Origin: Malacoraja senta
Taxonomy: Eukaryota
Reading direction: 5' to 3'
Length of the DNA: 64,000 nt
NCBI GenBank assembly: GCA_038087875.1
Contig: JAXLNO010002632.1
Coordinates: 62,001 to 126,000 of the forward strand
The notes under the pieces were generated by a model. The model saw only the letters and a program-made list of their open reading frames with translations, was not told the DNA's origin and made no database searches. Within the stretch, counting starts at the first letter, position 1. The number at the start of each line of letters is the position of its first letter. Both the position numbers and the translations under genes were made by a program. Below are positions 27,695 through 39,955 of this stretch, in pieces.

Positions 27695-29021
27695 CTGTCA
27701 CAAAGACACAGATTTCATCATTGATGTATTGCTAAAATGCCAACTTTATAATTTCCCCCAATCCCAACCTCTTGCACTGAACACACTGACTTGTGCTGAG
27801 GTGCAGGCAAATGTATCTGTTTGATGCCTTACCCATATATAAAATAAAATATTGAGTTTTTACAAACTGTTTTTACCCTTGCACTGTCTCCACCAATATG
27901 TTCCTTCAACAGTGGAGTACTATTTTGTAGCAGGCTTCAGAAATGGCCTTTTGTTTTCCTCTCTCTTTCCCGACCCTTGGGGAACTGAGGTTAATTCTGA
28001 CATGAAAGCTTTCACCCCAATGGGACTAAGCAGTTGATCACAAACCTACCATCAAATGTGGAACCTTCCTCGTATCCATATAGCTCAAATCTAAACTCAG
28101 ATAAACTATTCAACATATAAATGATTAGAAAGCAACTGGAGTGCTTTCACCATGAAATAGTAAAATTATAGCTTATAACTATAACAATATCAAAAGACCA
28201 AATATTCCTGAAAATTTGAACGGAGAAAGAAGAACCACTAAACATAACTAAATCCCCAAATAAACCAATGAATAAATTAAACCGTTTACAAGTCCAGAAA
28301 TAAAAGCTATGGTACAATTATCCATGCTGATCATTATGTTGCTAATGTACATCTCTTGCCTGAAACAACAGCAATAAGTGCGATCCGAGGCATGGAAATA
28401 TGAGGAATGCATAATTTCACTTGAAACTCGATTCCACCTATAACTAAAACTTGATTTCACCAGGTTGGATGAAAATACTGCCTCCTTAGTTCTACATTGA
28501 CTCTCAGTAAATTGATCCATTGTACATGGACACTAAAAATTAATCTGCCTGGGAATATTTCATTCTGATACTGGTTATAAAGTGCCAGCCTGTTTTGGGC
28601 ACAAGCTCGACTCTCCAATGTATATTCTGCAACATTCACAGAAAAAGGGGAATTACATTGTAGCTGTTAATTAAAAATGTATTCACTATTTGCAGTGATT
28701 TGAAGATGCTCACCACACAGATGTAGAATTTGTATTAAGCCGCTAAAATATCAATGAAGCAAATTTTATATTTTATTGAGAAGGGCCTTAATTATTTTAC
28801 AATGTAATCATCAGACTAATTACACTGGGAATCTATTGGACTTTAATATGATATTTAATTCAAATTTTAATAATCACTATCTATTTTGGGGATCTCTCCC
28901 TATTTGATTATACAAACATTTTAAACTTTTTTTGATTACCAGCAAGTTGTTTTATAATGGACACATAATATTCTAATGTTTATTGATCTTATCTTTATTC
29001 CATTTTCCATTCAGACGTTAG

Positions 29022-29322
29022 AAACTTTAGACTTTTGAGATACAGCGTGGAGTGGAAACAGTCCCTTAGGCCCACTGAGTCTGCGCCGACCAGCGATCAT
29101 CCCCGTACACTCTCCTGTACATTAGGGACAATTTACAATTTATTTTTCAACAAGGCCAATTAACCTACAAACTTACACGTTTGGGACGAAACAGGAGCAC
29201 CCAGAGAAAACCCATGCGATCACAAGGGAGAACGTACAAACTCTGTACAGACAGCACCCGTAGTCAGGATCGAACCCGGGTCTCTGCCGCCATAAGATAG
29301 CAACTCTACCACTGTGCCACCC
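29022..29322 (-). mobile_element. HE1-type SINE
   Basis: Same consensus; intact B box GGTTCGATCC on the minus strand. Confidence 0.85.
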
Positions 29323-29971
29323 TTGTTCTACTATATTGTGCACTGAAATGCACAATATAGTAATGACTTTGTATTACAGTCTGCTTCCAAAATTCAATTT
29401 TGTTAAAGTCAGTGGAGCTGAATTTTGAAAGCATAATTCAGCATGCAGCAATCACTAGATTGCATATTTAATGCTACCAACCATGGATGAATTTCTGATT
29501 GAAAAGTCAGTAACCAGAATGGTTGCTCTGTTTCCTTTGCCATGGTTTGACGTGCTGAGTATTTACAGTACTTTCTCTTTTTAATTCAGGTTTAAGGCAT
29601 CTGCATTTTTTTTTGCTTTACAAGGGAAATGTTTTAACTGTGTGAATAAAGACGAATACTGGAAGAATTCAATGTGTCGAACAATATGTGTGAGGGCAAA
29701 AGATATAACTTGATATTTCAGACCCTGCATTAGGACTGAGAGGGGGCAGGAAAGATTTCCAGGAGATTGCAGTACTTAGAGGGTTTGAATAGAGGCTGGT
29801 AAGTGTTAGGTAGAATCAGATGGGGAGGGGATGATGGGCAGATAGAACCAGGGTTGGGGGGGAGAACTGAAATGGGAGCTGGACAGAGTGGCTTTCCAGT
29901 GACAAAAAATATTAATCTCATTAGTTTGGTTCAGTGGACAAAAAGTATTATTAATAATGTAATACAATAAT

Positions 29972-30660
29972 AGAGACACTAAGAACTGCAGATGCTGAAA
30001 CCACAAAGTCTGGCATATATCGGCAGGTCAGGCAGCACCTCTGGAGGACATGGATAGGTGATGTCTCGGGTTGGGATCCTTCTTCAGACAGATTGTAGTA
30101 GGGGGAAAGCAATGGGATGAGACAAAGCCTGGTAAGTGATAAGTGGATATAGATGAAGGATGTTGATTGGTCAATGGGTGGACAAAGGCTAAAGATAAAA
30201 AGGAGACATGAGGATGTCAGATAAAAAGAACAGAGGAGTGAAATGTAAAGCCAAAGGGAGGGATATGGGTGGAAGGGGACAGGAAGCAGGGGGAGAAAGG
30301 GGGCAGATAATGGAAGAAATGGGTGGGGTTTGGGGGGACTGCCCAATGCTCCCCCCTCTCCTCCCACCCACCCCACCCCATTCCACCCATATCCCTCCTT
30401 CGAGCTTTACATTTCACTCCTCTCCTTATCTGACATCCTTTTGTGCACTTTCCATCCTTGGTTTATGGCCACCCAACTGGCAATCAACCAGCCCCTCACC
30501 TCCATCCACCTATTACTAGTTGGGTTTTGTCCCACTCCCACCTCTTTTTCAGTTTTCTGCAATCAGTCTGAAGAAAGGTCCTGGCTCAAAACATTGCCTG
30601 TCTGTGCCCTCCAGAGATGCTGTCTGACCCACTGAGTTACTCCAGGACATTGTGTTTTAC
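29972..30660. repeat. Two inverted Penelope 3' fragments (about 690-bp imperfect inverted repeat)
   Basis: Purine-rich arm at about 29972-30340 and pyrimidine-rich complementary arm at about 30350-30660, both carrying the terminal repeat. Confidence 0.75.
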
Positions 30661-31052
30661 TTAATAAAATAATAACGTGATACAAAAATGATAGATTCTA
30701 GTTATTTTTATGGGAATTTAATGATTGCAGTCTTCAAACAACATAATCAATGCATAACCATTTATTTCAACAGTATATGATTTCAGTTTCTAAATAATGA
30801 TTTTTGACTTCAATATGCTAAGGACTGCTTAGATGATATGGACCGTGGTAATATTGTGTGGACCCCTGAATTTTCTTAACAGAAACTTGTTAATGACCAA
30901 CAAAAGGGCCTCACCTATCTAAGTTTTTTGTCTGTTTAATTTGCCCTTTGTATAACGTCTACCTATAAATGTCAACCTGATATTTAACAGAGATCTATTT
31001 TTACCTTGTGAATAAAATATTCTTTATTTTATATTTTTAAGTAGACACGTAC

Positions 31053-31213
31053 TGATATCTCTTGATCATTATTGACGTAGGTCCATGCAACCAAGGTGTC
31101 TGTATTCACTTCTTCCCTCCTCATACAGGAAATGCAAGTAAGCTTCATATTGGTTCCATGTAGGGCTTCAGTGTCTGAAGGAACTTCAACGCAGACTAAC
31201 TGGCAACACCGTA
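31053..31213 (-). CDS. SCN3B: SCN3B coding exon 2 (Ig V-set N-half: VRCCQLVCVEVPSDTEALHGTNMKLTCISCMRREEVNTDTLVAWTYVNNDQEIS)
   Basis: Acceptor cttttgtcttccacag, donor GTACGT, 161 nt. VCVEVPSxTEA and MKLxCISCMxREEV are the beta-3 signature. Lies within track ORF 31029..31430. Confidence 0.96.
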
Positions 31214-32174
31214 CTGTGGAAGACAAAAGCAGAAACCAGTCTAAATTCACCTCAAGATAGCATCTTTTCATAACTGAGGATAGGCTATATAGGACAATCA
31301 CACAGACACAAGAAACTGCACATGCTGAAATCTTAAGCAAAAACAAACTGCTCAAGTTACTCCAGCACTTTTTTCTATTTTGCACAGGAAAATCACATTC
31401 TGCTTGTTTCCGACTGATGGTGTTCCACAAACCCCGTCAGGCTTCAACCATGCTAATGCACCACACTGTCATTCATTTTCTCCGTGGTTTCTGTGATCTA
31501 CATTATACATAAATTAATTTTTGAATTTGTATTTTTTGGGGAGAAATAGAATAGGTTCACTTTAATTGTTCAAATCAAGGTTAAAATATATAACTTTAAC
31601 ATTTTAACCTACTTACCAAATGTTATATCCACTTTATGCACCCTAGTGCATAAAGAATGCATTTAAGTAATGACTTTTTTTTTCATTTCAGTTGAGCATC
31701 ATTATTTTATCAGGAGCATCTGACATGTCATATTTTTCCATCACATGACAGATTTTTCCTTTGTTTACGCTTAACCCATACATTATTATCATTGATATAT
31801 TATTTTAGAACCATATTAAAGAACGTGAAAGACATGCAGAAGAGAAATCTGTTGACTCACCTGAGCACATCCTTTAAAAACTCGACCATCCTACCTAGAG
31901 TTCTACTAATTCAATTGCCAATTTATATGGTTTTCTTATTTCTAAATCTTTGGGCTCTTCATGCATGTCCTGTTCACCAGTGCTGTGGGTTGTTAGCCTG
32001 ATACTCTAAGCCATTTTGCATTCACGATTGTTTCATTTGTATAAATGGCCTGAGGCCACCTTCAGCCTCTTTAACAGACAGGTTCTAGGGTTCCCAAATG
32101 GACCAGCTATGATCAGGTGGGCATAACTCTGGGCAGAAATGTGTGTCATCTGAGTATAGAGCAGTGGTGTGAAA

Positions 32175-32870
32175 AAAGAGACTGCAGATGCTAGAATCTG
32201 GAATAAAAATCAGAACACTGGAAGAACTAAGCAGGTCAAATAGCACCTGTGGAGGCAAACTGTTTGTCGACCTTTTGGGTTGCAACCTTGCAGCACGACT
32301 GAGAGGGAAGAGAAAAGATTGCCAGTTTTCTAACAGTAGAGGTGAAGTTGGGACAAAGAGGCCAAACACAAATTGGAAGACTAATGGGCCTGTCCCACTT
32401 GGCAATTTTTTCGGCGACTGTCGGCGTCAATGACTGATATATCAGGTCACTGAAAAAGTCGCGGCATGACGACGTATAGACGCGCGGTGTCTCCTCATGT
32501 GTCGCAACATTTTTTTGTCTCCGCTGGATTTTGAAATGTTCAAAATCTTTCTGTGACCGTGATACGTCAGTCAATGACGCCGGCAGTCGCCGAAAAAAAT
32601 CGGCAAGCGGGACAGGCCCTTAATATGGTATCTCACTTTCTGCTTGTTAGCTTACAACCCAATGATATGAACATTGAATTCTCCCAGCTTAACATAACCC
32701 ATACCCCCAGTGTCCTTCTCCCACACACACAAAGCCTCTCTATGTTGTTTTCTTCTCCTTTTCCCATCCATTCTGCAACCCCCTCTCCAGTTTGGTTCCA
32801 TCTGCCCATTATCCATTATCCGTCTTTCACCAACCAGTCTTTGCCCCACACCTCCCTCGTACTGCTTTAT
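32175..32870. mobile_element. Old Penelope fragments flanking the MITE at 32385-32620
   Basis: Terminal repeat on the minus strand to the left; LQPNDMNIEFS (GIY-YIG end) on the plus strand to the right. Confidence 0.6.
32385..32620. mobile_element. Harbinger-like MITE (236 bp)
   Basis: TAA-TGGGCCTGTCCCACTT...AAGCGGGACAGGCCCT-TAA with long inverted arms. A 3-bp TWA TSD is typical of PIF/Harbinger. Confidence 0.85.
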
Positions 32871-33886
32871 ATTGGTAAACTTTTCTTTGTTAATATTGCA
32901 ATGCCCTGTGTTACTATAGTATCTAAATTATAGATTTGGAAGATAAATATTTTAATTTAAAATTAAACAGCATTTTAAAATTAACATAGAACTCTCTCAT
33001 CTTATTTTATAAAAAGCCAGACCTCTTAATTCATCTAAGAATTAAACATGACTGGAGTTCATTTCTTAAACAGATTGTTGATTACTAAAGCCTGTGCAGT
33101 TCACGTATTTATGACTTCCCACTGTATTTCATCATAAAGACTTATTTTCATCCCTTTAGTCGTTCAGTTAAATTTGCCTTTCTCTAATTACGTAACTCCT
33201 TTATCCTTCTGCATAAGTAAATGATCTAAAATCTGTAATCATTGACGTCAACGTTTTCTAAATCTTTTCAAAGTCTTTACTAATGTATTTTGCCCAGATT
33301 ATGTTTAATACTCAGTGTACAGTCGCACTAAAGTATGTTATCATTTATTTGTACATTGGTTTCAAAAGATTAGACATTACTCCTGCAATTCACAGAAATA
33401 AATTAGATTTATGAAAAAATCCTTGTAATTTTTAGTAATCCATCTTCCTCTAATTTGATTTATTTGTTGTTTAACAGACACAGTAAAGAGCATAATGTTT
33501 ATAATCCTGTAAGTCCCAACCAAAATCTTCAGTGAAAAATTAGGATGTGATTATTTACGTGGCCAAAGAGATTATAGTTTAAAAATGAGAACTATTGCAA
33601 TACATATTTAGAAGGAATTATTCCCCCCCGAACACAAAACCAAAGAATTGTGGTGTAATGTGCAAAGTAATCTGCAATAATAACGGAACATTTTGGAAAT
33701 ACTCAACATATTGGCTGTTGTAGAAAAAGGAAGAGTTAACATTTTAGGTTGTTGACTTTTTCTTCATTTCAACCTGACCTCCTAAATAATGCCCAGTAAC
33801 GTGTTGCTAGGTGACGAATGCCTTTGAATGTGATGCCTTTTCTATTAAATGATGCTTCATTCACAATTCAAGGTTGTATGGCTGAG

Positions 33887-34464
33887 TGTTAGGCGCTCCC
33901 CCTCCTGGTCAATGCTATGTATTAACCTTTCTCTGTTTCTTTCCCGAGTGCAGGCCTCGTGGCTGTGAGTCTGGAATCAAGGGGTTAAAAGGCTCCTGTA
34001 CCCGATTGGCCAAGCTGCGTCAGGTGACGGGTGACTCATCTGAAGCATAAATACAAGAGTTCCCAGAATTCTCACTCTCTTCTTCGACGACCCTGCCTCG
34101 TGAGCTGATAGCTGGTGTGAGCTGTGGAAGGCCTGGCCACAAGGCATGGAACTTTGTCTATTTTCAACATTACGTAGTACCAAATATTGAATTGGGACGT
34201 ATAAGGGGCTGACCTAAGAGTTTTCGGTATTTTGTTTCAGGGTTAGATTTCTTTAGGCAGGTTTAGAGTCTCTGGTTCGACGGTCCATCACGTGGCTGGC
34301 TGGAGCACTTTAATTTGTTTGTTAATCCATTCATATCCTTGTCTGGGTTGTTGGAATCTGGTTTGGGTTTTGTGTTATTGAATAATAAAATAATTTTTGA
34401 ACTTGAACCTGGTTTTTGAGTATGTTACGTGACTCTGAAGTACCTGCTTTCGGGAGTCGTAACA
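33887..34464 (+). repeat. 5' LTR
   Basis: TGTTAGG...CGTAACA. About 10 substitutions and no indels relative to the 3' LTR by manual comparison. Contains CATAAATA and AATAAA motifs. Confidence 0.95.
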
Positions 34465-34467
34465 AAA

Positions 34468-34480
34468 TGGGGGCTCGTCC
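34468..34480 (+). other. Primer-binding site, tRNA-Pro
   Basis: TGGGGGCTCGTCC lies 3 nt after the 5' LTR and equals the first 13 nt of the canonical tRNA-Pro PBS (TGGGGGCTCGTCCGGGAT). Confidence 0.88.
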
Positions 34481-34632
34481 TAAGTTTTGAGGACCCTAGA
34501 CATTTTGGGGTGTTTTTTTTTGGTAGGCTTCTGGTGACTGAGGAAGTCTGTGTTGTGAGAAAAATTTGTTTTCACTGTTTGTGGTTGCATTGGTGCCCAG
34601 GGTTTAGCTGGTGGTTTGGTGCTACATTTGAA

Positions 34633-35559
34633 ATGGATTTTAAGGTGGAAGAGTTTGTTGAGACTCCTAGCCTAGAGAGGTTTCATCAATGTACTAAAGA
34701 AAATTTAGTGTTGCTTGCAGATAAATATGGCGTTTCTCTTAATAAACAGGCAAACAAAAAGTCAATTAAGACATTGTTAGGGACTGCTTTGGTTGACCAA
34801 GAGGTCTTGCCTAGTAGTCATAAATCTATACAGCCAGTTCAGAACATGGAGGCTGTCATTAAACTGAAGGAGATGGAGCTTGAGTCACAGAGAATGGAAC
34901 TCATGCATGTTCTTGAAATAAAACGGCTTGAGGAGGAAACCAAAAGGGCGGAATTTCAGCTGCGGGAGAAAGAATTAGATATTTCCCGGTTGTCTCCTAA
35001 AGAGCATGAGTTTGATGTGAGCAGAAATATTCATTTGGTTCCACCGTTCAGTGAAAAAGATGTTGACAAATATTTCACTTGGTTTGAGCGTGTGGCTATA
35101 TCATTGAAGTGGCCTAAGGAAGTGTGGACCTTGCTAATGCAGTGTGTCCTTGTGGGTAAAGCACGGGAGGTGTACTCGTCTTTGTCAGTTGAAAGAAGTC
35201 TAGACTATGAGTGTGTGAAGTCTACAGTATTAAGGGCTTATGAATTAGTTCCAGAGGCGTACCGGCAGAAATTCCGGCGCTTTAGGAAGTTTGATAGTCA
35301 GACTTATGTGGAGTTTGCTAGGGAGGAGGCACTTTTTGACAGTGGTGCGCTTCTCAAGGAGTGAAGGATATTGGGCAACTGCGGGCCTTGATGATTATGG
35401 AAGACTTTAAGAACTGTCTCCCTGAGAGGGTTACTACTTACCTTAATGAGCTGGAGTTTGCAGCTGCAAGACTACAACCTGGAGGTCAGGCATATCCGTG
35501 GCAAGGATAATGTCTTAGCTGACGCCTTGTCGCGCCAGTGGAGTTTAGCTCCTGAATAG
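34633..35559 (+). pseudogene. gag (capsid/SCAN-like) fragment fused to the RNase H C-terminus of pol
   Basis: MDFKVEEF...LVPPFSEKDVDKYF...AYELVPEAYRQKFR, a frameshift near 35325, then EDFKNCLPERVTTYLNE, then in another frame WSLQLQDYNLEVRHIRGKDNVLADALSR...stop. Confidence 0.88.
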
Positions 35560-35622
35560 TTTCTGGGATTTGGTGGTGTTTTTTCTCTCTTCCGAAACTT
35601 ATTCAGTATCTTTGGGTGGGGG

Positions 35623-36200
35623 TGTTAGGCGCTCCCCCTCCTGGTCAATGCTATGTATTAACCTTTCTCTGTTTCTTTCCTGAGTGTAGGCCTCGTGGCT
35701 GTGAGTCTGGAATCAAGGGGTTAAAAGGCTCCTGTACCCGATTGGCCAAGCTGCGTCAGGTGACGGGTGACTCATCTGAAGCATAAATACAAGAGTTCCC
35801 AGAATTCTCGCTCTCTTCTTCGACGACCCTGCCTCATGAGCTGATAGCTGGTGTGAGCTGTGGAAGGCCTGGCCACATGGCATGGAACTTTGTGTATTTT
35901 CAACATTACGTAGTACCAAATATTGAATTGGGACGTATAAGGGGCTGACCTAAGAGTTTTCGGTATTTTGTTTCAGGGTTAGATTTCTTTAGGCAGGTTT
36001 AGAGTCTCTGGTTCGACGGTCCATCGCGTGGCTGGCTGGAGCACTTTAATTTGTTTGTTATTCCATTCATATCCTTGTCTGGGTTGTTGGAATCAGGTTT
36101 GGGTTTTGTGTTATTGAATAATAAAATAATTTTTGAACTTGAACCTGGTTTTTGAGTATGTTACGCGACTCTGAAGTACCTGCTTTCGGGAGTCGTAACA
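35623..36200 (+). repeat. 3' LTR
   Basis: Direct repeat of 33887-34464, preceded by the PPT GGGTGGGGG (35614-35622). Confidence 0.95.
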
Positions 36201-39074
36201 CTGAGATTAAAAACCCATTATTGAGCAAACAACAACATAGAACCATGAGCTGATGCTCTGCATTACAGCATTGCCCTGTCTACCAGAGGGTTTCACAGTG
36301 ACGACCACAGGTAAAGACACGATTGACCAGTCAATTCACTGCTCAAAACCCGAGGCAATATGATAACTCAATTGAGAAAGAACCTAAAGTAGTGTTAAAC
36401 AAAAATCATCAAGGATTCAATATATTTGGTTCAATTATATAAACAAATTAAATGTTTTGACAACTAATGGAATTCAAAATAAGGTTTGGGGTTAATCTTG
36501 ATCTAAAGAACCCCATAATTATTTACAAGATACAGGAAAGACAGAGAGTGGCATAGAGCTCATTAGAGATTATGTACTTTGGCAGATTATTTGATGGAGT
36601 AGGTTTAATTCAGTTGGTGCAATAATATATTGGATCCAGATTTCCCCTCTGATACAAACATTAAAAGATCAGTTTGATGGATTGTGGATTTGGTTGTGCT
36701 GTAAAAGAGGATAAAGGTCAGCAAAGTAACGTTTGCTCCCAGATTCATTGATGTCTCACTGATAGCGGCTCACATGATTGTATTGCCTGATTATGTGAAG
36801 AAAATGCCATCAGTATTAACCTATTGTCTGGATGGTGACAGCAGGAGTCAGCACCCACAGCCCTCACAGTGGGGGTACCAAATCTTTACAATACTGTGAA
36901 AAGCAATCAGTCCTACCTCAGCTGGAGATGGCCGTCTCCTTAATCCAAAAAGATGTCCCTTTGTTCTAGAATGTTTGTCTTTGTCCAAGTAAAGAGTAGC
37001 TATCTTCTCAAGGATAATAACCCAACAATTATATGTGGGTTTTCACCTAGAGCTTGCAAATTACATCATATGACATGATAAGATGACAGGTATACCAACC
37101 CTTGCCATTCGGCAGGAAAGTGTTGAGCACGGGACCAGAAGTGATATGGGGGGGGGGGGGGGGGTGTGTGGGAGAGAGAACGTCTTGTCCTCCGATAGGC
37201 AGGTCATATATATTGTCTAGTTTCCCATCAGATATGTATATCTGTATAACTGGAGATAGAGCTGACTGTGAGGAGACATCCTGGGCCCCTTGATTCACAA
37301 GACATCAGCTGAGAGCATCCAGAAAAGTGATCTGAGCAGCCAGCCTTTCTTTGAAGTGTTATGCGTAGTACTAAAGATTTTCACAGTACCACTGTACACG
37401 TAACAATAATAAACTAAACTATGTAGAACCTGAAAAAGGAGGAAACTGTAAACACCCGCTGGTACATAGATATGCACACGGGCATTTTGTTCAGAAGTAC
37501 AACATTTATATTGGTTTGCTTATCGTAAGAGAATATCTTAGAAATTTTATCTAGAACAGTGATTTTTGTTTTTTGATGGAATAGAGTATCATTGCGACCA
37601 TTTCTGAGTCACTGGGCACTGACATTCTATCTCGTGAACCTAACTCAGTTTCAGGGGACATGGATTCTAATCTCCCGGATTCTTGTTCCTTGGCTATCCT
37701 GGGATAATACACAATCCCAGAAGGTTGACGTAGGAAGTCCATTAAGTAAATAAGTTGCTTACCTACATCACTATGCCCCAATCTGCCACACTAAAGTGAA
37801 CCTGTGACACTTACACCCCCAAACCTGAGGTATCCTTGATCTCTTCCACCAATGTTTGCCAATCCCAATATTCCCCAGGCACACCCTCCAAACCCTGTCA
37901 ACAAAGATTGCAAGGCTCTCAGCCCCTAATCCCCTCATGAATTAGATGCTCTAAGTTTCCAAGACAAGCCTGCCTGCCCACCCAAGCACTATTCCAATTT
38001 CAGACATTCTTGTCTCGTATCAACTCCTGGTTTCTTCATTATGTAGCTACAGGTGGTTCAGTAACTGCTTTTTCTGAAGTTTGAGGTTCTGCGGTATTGC
38101 TTTTCAAGCACCCGCTAATGTAAACTACAGCAAGCAAGTAAGCGAAAATAGAAATAAGCAAAAACAAAGTTAATTCAATGCTCGCAGAGCTTCTTACATA
38201 GTTTATCAGGAACAAACACAAACTCTTTTTGGATAACAGTCCTTAGCAGCATCATTCATGAAATCAATATTTATTGTCAGATTAGATACTCATGGATTAA
38301 TTGGCAAGTTTCAAGAGACTGGGGAACCTCTATGCTTGGGATTAAATTAAGGACCTGTGACTAAACTTCCTCAACAATGTGTAGTATGTCTTTATTTATG
38401 AATGCAATACATGTATTAAATTATAATCTGCCTCCCCACTTGGATTGAATCTGGATGTAGGTGAGCTTTACATTATGTGCATCATTGTCGTGACATTTTT
38501 TTTCTTCATTGATTTACATAACACCCTATCTTTCCATTGTAAAACACACTTGTGGGATTAAATCTACCTCTCGCCTCCACTCAATCACCCAAGCTTTACA
38601 TATATGGTTCTCCATTCAAAAGTATGAATTGAATGTACGAGAGAACACGTGGAGTATATATTTAAAAATGAAAACATTGTTACATTTGTTTGAAATTGGA
38701 TCATAAAAGAACTGAATACAAGAAATAAAATCCAGAAAATGTGGGGAGAATCATGAAAAAACTTTCATATAAGTAACTTATAATAATTAATATTGTAGTT
38801 CTATATATGTTCTCCATTTCTGGGTAAATGTAGCATTGTACTTGTCAATCTTAACATATGGGCAGAGATTACAATTGTGTTCTTCCTGCATTAAGGTTTG
38901 ATGACAGCGCCCCCTCCTTTGAATGTCGCTCTGATACCTCTCACTGGCCGACAGGCCAGCAGAGGCCAATCCTCAGCAACAGTGGTCACAGCTGGGTCCA
39001 ATTTACTCACTTTGGGTTGGCCCACCTGAACCTCATCAGCGTATTCCTTATAAAATCCATGCATTCCAGCCAGA

Positions 39075-39245
39075 GGCGAGAAGGGAGAGGGTGAGAGAAA
39101 AAGCAGGAGAGAGAAGAGAGGAAGGGAGAAAGAAGAGCAAAATAAGAGAGTGGAAGGGAGAAGAGAGAGGGGAATGGAGAAAGGAGAGAGAGGAAGGGAA
39201 AAAGAAGAGTGAAGAGAGAGGGGAAGGGAGAAAGAAGAGAGAAAT
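39075..39245 (+). repeat. Polypurine (GA-rich) low-complexity tract
   Basis: About 170 nt of almost pure A/G with repeated GAAGGGAGAAAGAAGAG. Confidence 0.85.
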
Positions 39246-39697
39246 TGGGGTGCCTCCCTGTCAGCTGTGTTTCCCTGTCGCAGGTTTGAGAAAGACTGAG
39301 TTATTGCGACAAACCTGAGAACACCAGAACCACCTTGTGGTTAAGTATGGGCTAATGGAAAGAGGCTCGAAGCAGTCAGCACTGAGGTTAAGTGAGTGGC
39401 CGGGCATGCCTGAGAACCCAATGCCTCTTCCTGCCTACGGCCAACAAGGGACAGCGCCTGCACGTAGAGGCAAACACTGAGCCACCAGGATAATCCAGAG
39501 ACGGCCAGCTCCACCTCTTCAAACCCAAAGCTGAGCCACCAAGATAAACCCGAGATCGCCACCACCTCCTATCAAGGCAAGGATGAACTGCAGGGAGAAG
39601 CCTGAGATTGTCACGCCTTCTTACGCGAGTTCACCCGACTGCGGGTGTCATTGTGGTCACTGCCGAACCCGGCATCATTCCTGACGCCACAGGAAAA

Positions 39698-39955
39698 GGG
39701 ATAGCACAGTGACACAGCTGGTAGAACTACTGCCTCATAACACCGAGATCTGGATCGATCTTGACCTCAGATGCTGTCTGTGTAGAGTTTGCACGTTCTC
39801 CTGTAACTGCGTTGGTTTCTACTGGGTGCTCCGTGGGAATTGTCCTATGTAAAAAATTATAGGGAGTGGATGTGAAATTGGGATAACAGAACAAGTGTCA
39901 ATGGTTGGTATGAATTCGTAGGCCAAATGTGTCAGTTTCCAGGTTGTATCATTCA
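39698..39955 (+). mobile_element. HE1-type SINE, degenerate with an internal deletion
   Basis: Head and part of the core are recognisable. Confidence 0.7.

Larger units (their letters stand above)
33887..36200 (+). mobile_element. Internally deleted Ty3/Gypsy (Gmr1-like) LTR retrotransposon
   Basis: Two 578-bp LTRs (TG...CA), 5-bp TSD CTGAG (33882-33886 and 36201-36205), PBS, PPT, a gag fragment and an RNase H C-terminal remnant. Confidence 0.95.

Noticed and set aside
29381-29433. Pre-miRNA-like hairpin
   Set aside because: The stem depends on G-U pairs on the plus strand, is weaker on the host-gene strand, is AT-rich and matches no miRNA I know.
31214-31430. N-terminal part of track ORF 31029..31430 as a signal peptide
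   Set aside because: It is intronic read-through that includes a Penelope-derived repeat. The real start is in the exon at 49441-49495.
34429-34632. N-terminal extension of the 311-aa gag ORF
   Set aside because: It starts at GTG inside the LTR and crosses the PBS; ATG 34633 is the plausible start.
37148-37164. Poly-G run as a functional G-quadruplex
   Set aside because: A simple homopolymer with no supporting context; its length is unreliable in assemblies.
36900-38230. Cluster of short minus-strand ORFs, including a TM-like 60-aa ORF, as a viral or novel gene remnant
   Set aside because: No recognisable motifs and no consistent splice chain; the lengths are expected by chance.
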